Virus record (IMG/VR): IMGVR_UViG_3300033124_000732
Length of the DNA stretch: 64,000 bases
Direction: 5' to 3' (one strand)
Source of the DNA: a virus
Taxonomy: Duplodnaviria > Heunggongvirae > Uroviricota > Caudoviricetes
The stretch's first letter is position 1. Each line of letters opens with the position of its first letter. The notes under the pieces were generated by a model. The model was given only the letters and a program-made list of their open reading frames with translations, was not told the origin of the DNA and ran no database searches. A program made the position numbers and the translations under genes. Shown here piece after piece: positions 62,634 through 64,000 of the stretch.

Positions 62634-64000
62634 TCGAATGAAAATAGTGATGTAAAAGTGTTTTCTGTGTTGGTAGCAGCCGCAAGGTCCCACTCCAACA
62701 CACCCAGCAAGTTATCGACCTTTTGATCCACAACAGTTGCTTCCATTAACCCATCGTCAAACGGCAGTTCAGTAAACCATGCAGGCAATCTTTGTTCATC
62801 GGTAGGATAGCCAATTGACGTCCATCCAAGTGCATTTGATTTGAGTTTGCACACAATGGTTTTCATACCATCCACGACCTGCATTGAGTAGTTGTCTGAA
62901 TTCATTCTACGCATTTGATTCCAGTTCATTGCGGCTCTAACGTGCCCGGGCATGTTTGCTTTGCCAAGACGTGCTTCTTCTGCCGCATACTTGGTCAAGT
63001 TGTTCACACGCTTGGGTGACCCTTTCTCCCAGCCTGGCCGCTCTTTGAATTCATACTTGAATTCTCTAATGCGTTCAATAATTTCATCTCGTTGTGTACC
63101 TGCCAGTACTTTATTTAGAATTTCTAGCAAGAAGTCTTGAATTACTTTGGGAGTATCACTGCGTTTCAAATCCAAGCCCATAGCCTTGGTCTTGCCAATC
63201 TTGCCATCCACATCCAATCGCTTGCCTTCCAAGTCAATGATGTTCACAGCATAACGCTTCTTGGTAATGAACAAACTGCGGTCAGCAACCAGTTCACGGC
63301 CAGCTTTGATCAAGGATCCCATGTCTCTGGGACAATGGAATGCCTGTTCCATAAACGCTGGAAAGCTCTCGTTTACCTGATCAGCAATTGAGTCATACAG
63401 TTGGATGCAAGTTTCTTTTGACCATTCCATACGTCCTTCTGCAACTTCTTTTTCCAGTATGGGCCACGCAGAGAAATAGCATGAGTCTGTATCACCATAG
63501 ATGATGGCCTTGCCTGTGTGATCATATTCGCCTGTGATACACTCGTTGATGTGAGCATCCATGTGCTTGGCAATTGATCTGCCTGCCAGTGTGGTTGACT
63601 GCCCAATGCGCTTGTCAAAGAATCTACAGCCTGGATTCAAAATAGCACCATACAAGGAGTTAAGGTTAATCTTCTTGACCAGCTGACGCTTGTCCCAGAA
63701 CGCAATCTCTTTGGGATCCTTGGTTTCTTTCTTCTTGGCCTGTAGCTCTTGTCGCTCACGATACCAGCGTTCTAGCAAGCCGGGGATGATACCTTTCTTC
63801 TCGTAAGTGAGAATGGTACCATTGGCAGTGAGGATCCAGGGCTGGTTGCTATCAAAGATCATGTGCCAGATTTCCATGGCCGAGTGGACTGACTCTTCGC
63901 CGCCTTCCCAGTCAATGGTAATTTCTGTGCCACGTTGCTGTTCCATTACGGCTGTGTATTCTAAGCTGGCAAACAGGCCTTCCCATGCAGCCGCAAAACT
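62630..64000 (-). CDS. family B DNA polymerase, C-terminal portion (gene continues beyond window end)
   Basis: Motif B KINLNSLYG and motif C IYGDTDS. The reading frame stays open upstream of 63946 through position 64000. Confidence 0.85.
   Translation of the reverse strand, partial: SFAAAWEGLFASLEYTAVMEQQRGTEITIDWEGGEESVHSAMEIWHMIFDSNQPWILTANGTILTYEKKGIIPGLLERWYRERQELQAKKKETKDPKEIAFWDKRQLVKKINLNSLYGAILNPGCRFFDKRIGQSTTLAGRSIAKHMDAHINECITGEYDHTGKAIIYGDTDSCYFSAWPILEKEVAEGRMEWSKETCIQLYDSIADQVNESFPAFMEQAFHCPRDMGSLIKAGRELVADRSLFITKKRYAVNIIDLEGKRLDVDGKIGKTKAMGLDLKRSDTPKVIQDFLLEILNKVLAGTQRDEIIERIREFKYEFKERPGWEKGSPKRVNNLTKYAAEEARLGKANMPGHVRAAMNWNQMRRMNSDNYSMQVVDGMKTIVCKLKSNALGWTSIGYPTDEQRLPAWFTELPFDDGLMEATVVDQKVDNLLGVLEWDLAAATNTENTFTSLFSFE

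Overview
This 64-kb window reads as part of a large virulent tailed phage; nearly all genes are on the minus strand, tightly packed and often overlapping by ATGA. The phage call rests on T4-like replication genes at the right end (a partial family-B DNA polymerase with KxxxNSxYG and YGDTDS motifs, a gp45-like clamp candidate, a T4 RNase H/FEN-like 5' nuclease) and on a large tRNA island whose genes mostly encode their own CCA. Several host-derived genes point to a Betaproteobacterial host: a C-terminal-Phe porin, three Bug/TctC-family binding proteins, a TRAP DctP protein and AhpC/AhpD.

Left to right the window contains:
- TerC-like, AhpD and AhpC genes (401-2162).
- A minus-strand array of about 24 tRNA genes (2286-7947) interspersed with small CDS. 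Further tRNAs are an initiator tRNA-fMet at 9002, tRNA-Glu at 12909, and Leu(UAA)/Arg(UCU)/CAU tRNAs at 26640-26897.
- Two non-coding regions longer than 1.2 kb (9077-10494 and 12434-13703). Both look highly structured and sit next to or embed tRNAs; they are candidates for giant structured RNAs.
- A porin gene with its own terminator, a TauD-like oxygenase and a DctP-like protein.
- An unusual operon (17453-26119) in which three Bug-family periplasmic binding proteins alternate with three paralogous PP-loop ATPases, a cobalamin-type radical SAM enzyme and a 2OG-oxygenase-like protein.
- An SPFH lipoprotein operon and a dense array of small genes (29113-33566). The array includes a five- to seven-member paralog family with a conserved FAELIVRECA core and an HFGVEE C-terminus; the DNA encoding that C-terminus is also the RBS plus start codon of the next gene.
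- A GIY-YIG endonuclease flanked by duplicated TGCTATAAT promoters.
- A biosynthetic cluster of about 28 kb (34094-60916) centred on 7-deazaguanine genes: FolE, QueD, QueE, a YhhQ-like precursor transporter and a DpdA/TGT-like transglycosylase with the DSGGFQ motif. It also carries an asparagine-synthetase-like amidotransferase, PP-loop ATPases, two PLP aminotransferase-like proteins, four radical SAM enzymes (two with cobalamin-binding domains), MetK, two SAM methyltransferases, a GT2 enzyme, a T4 alpha-glucosyltransferase-like GT-B, a GalE-like epimerase, a HIGH-motif cytidylyltransferase, HIT and MazG.

The best candidate for an undescribed system is this cluster: it looks like machinery for a 7-deazaguanine DNA hypermodification that is further decorated (amidated, aminated, glycosylated or methylated). 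The Bug/PP-loop operon may be related.
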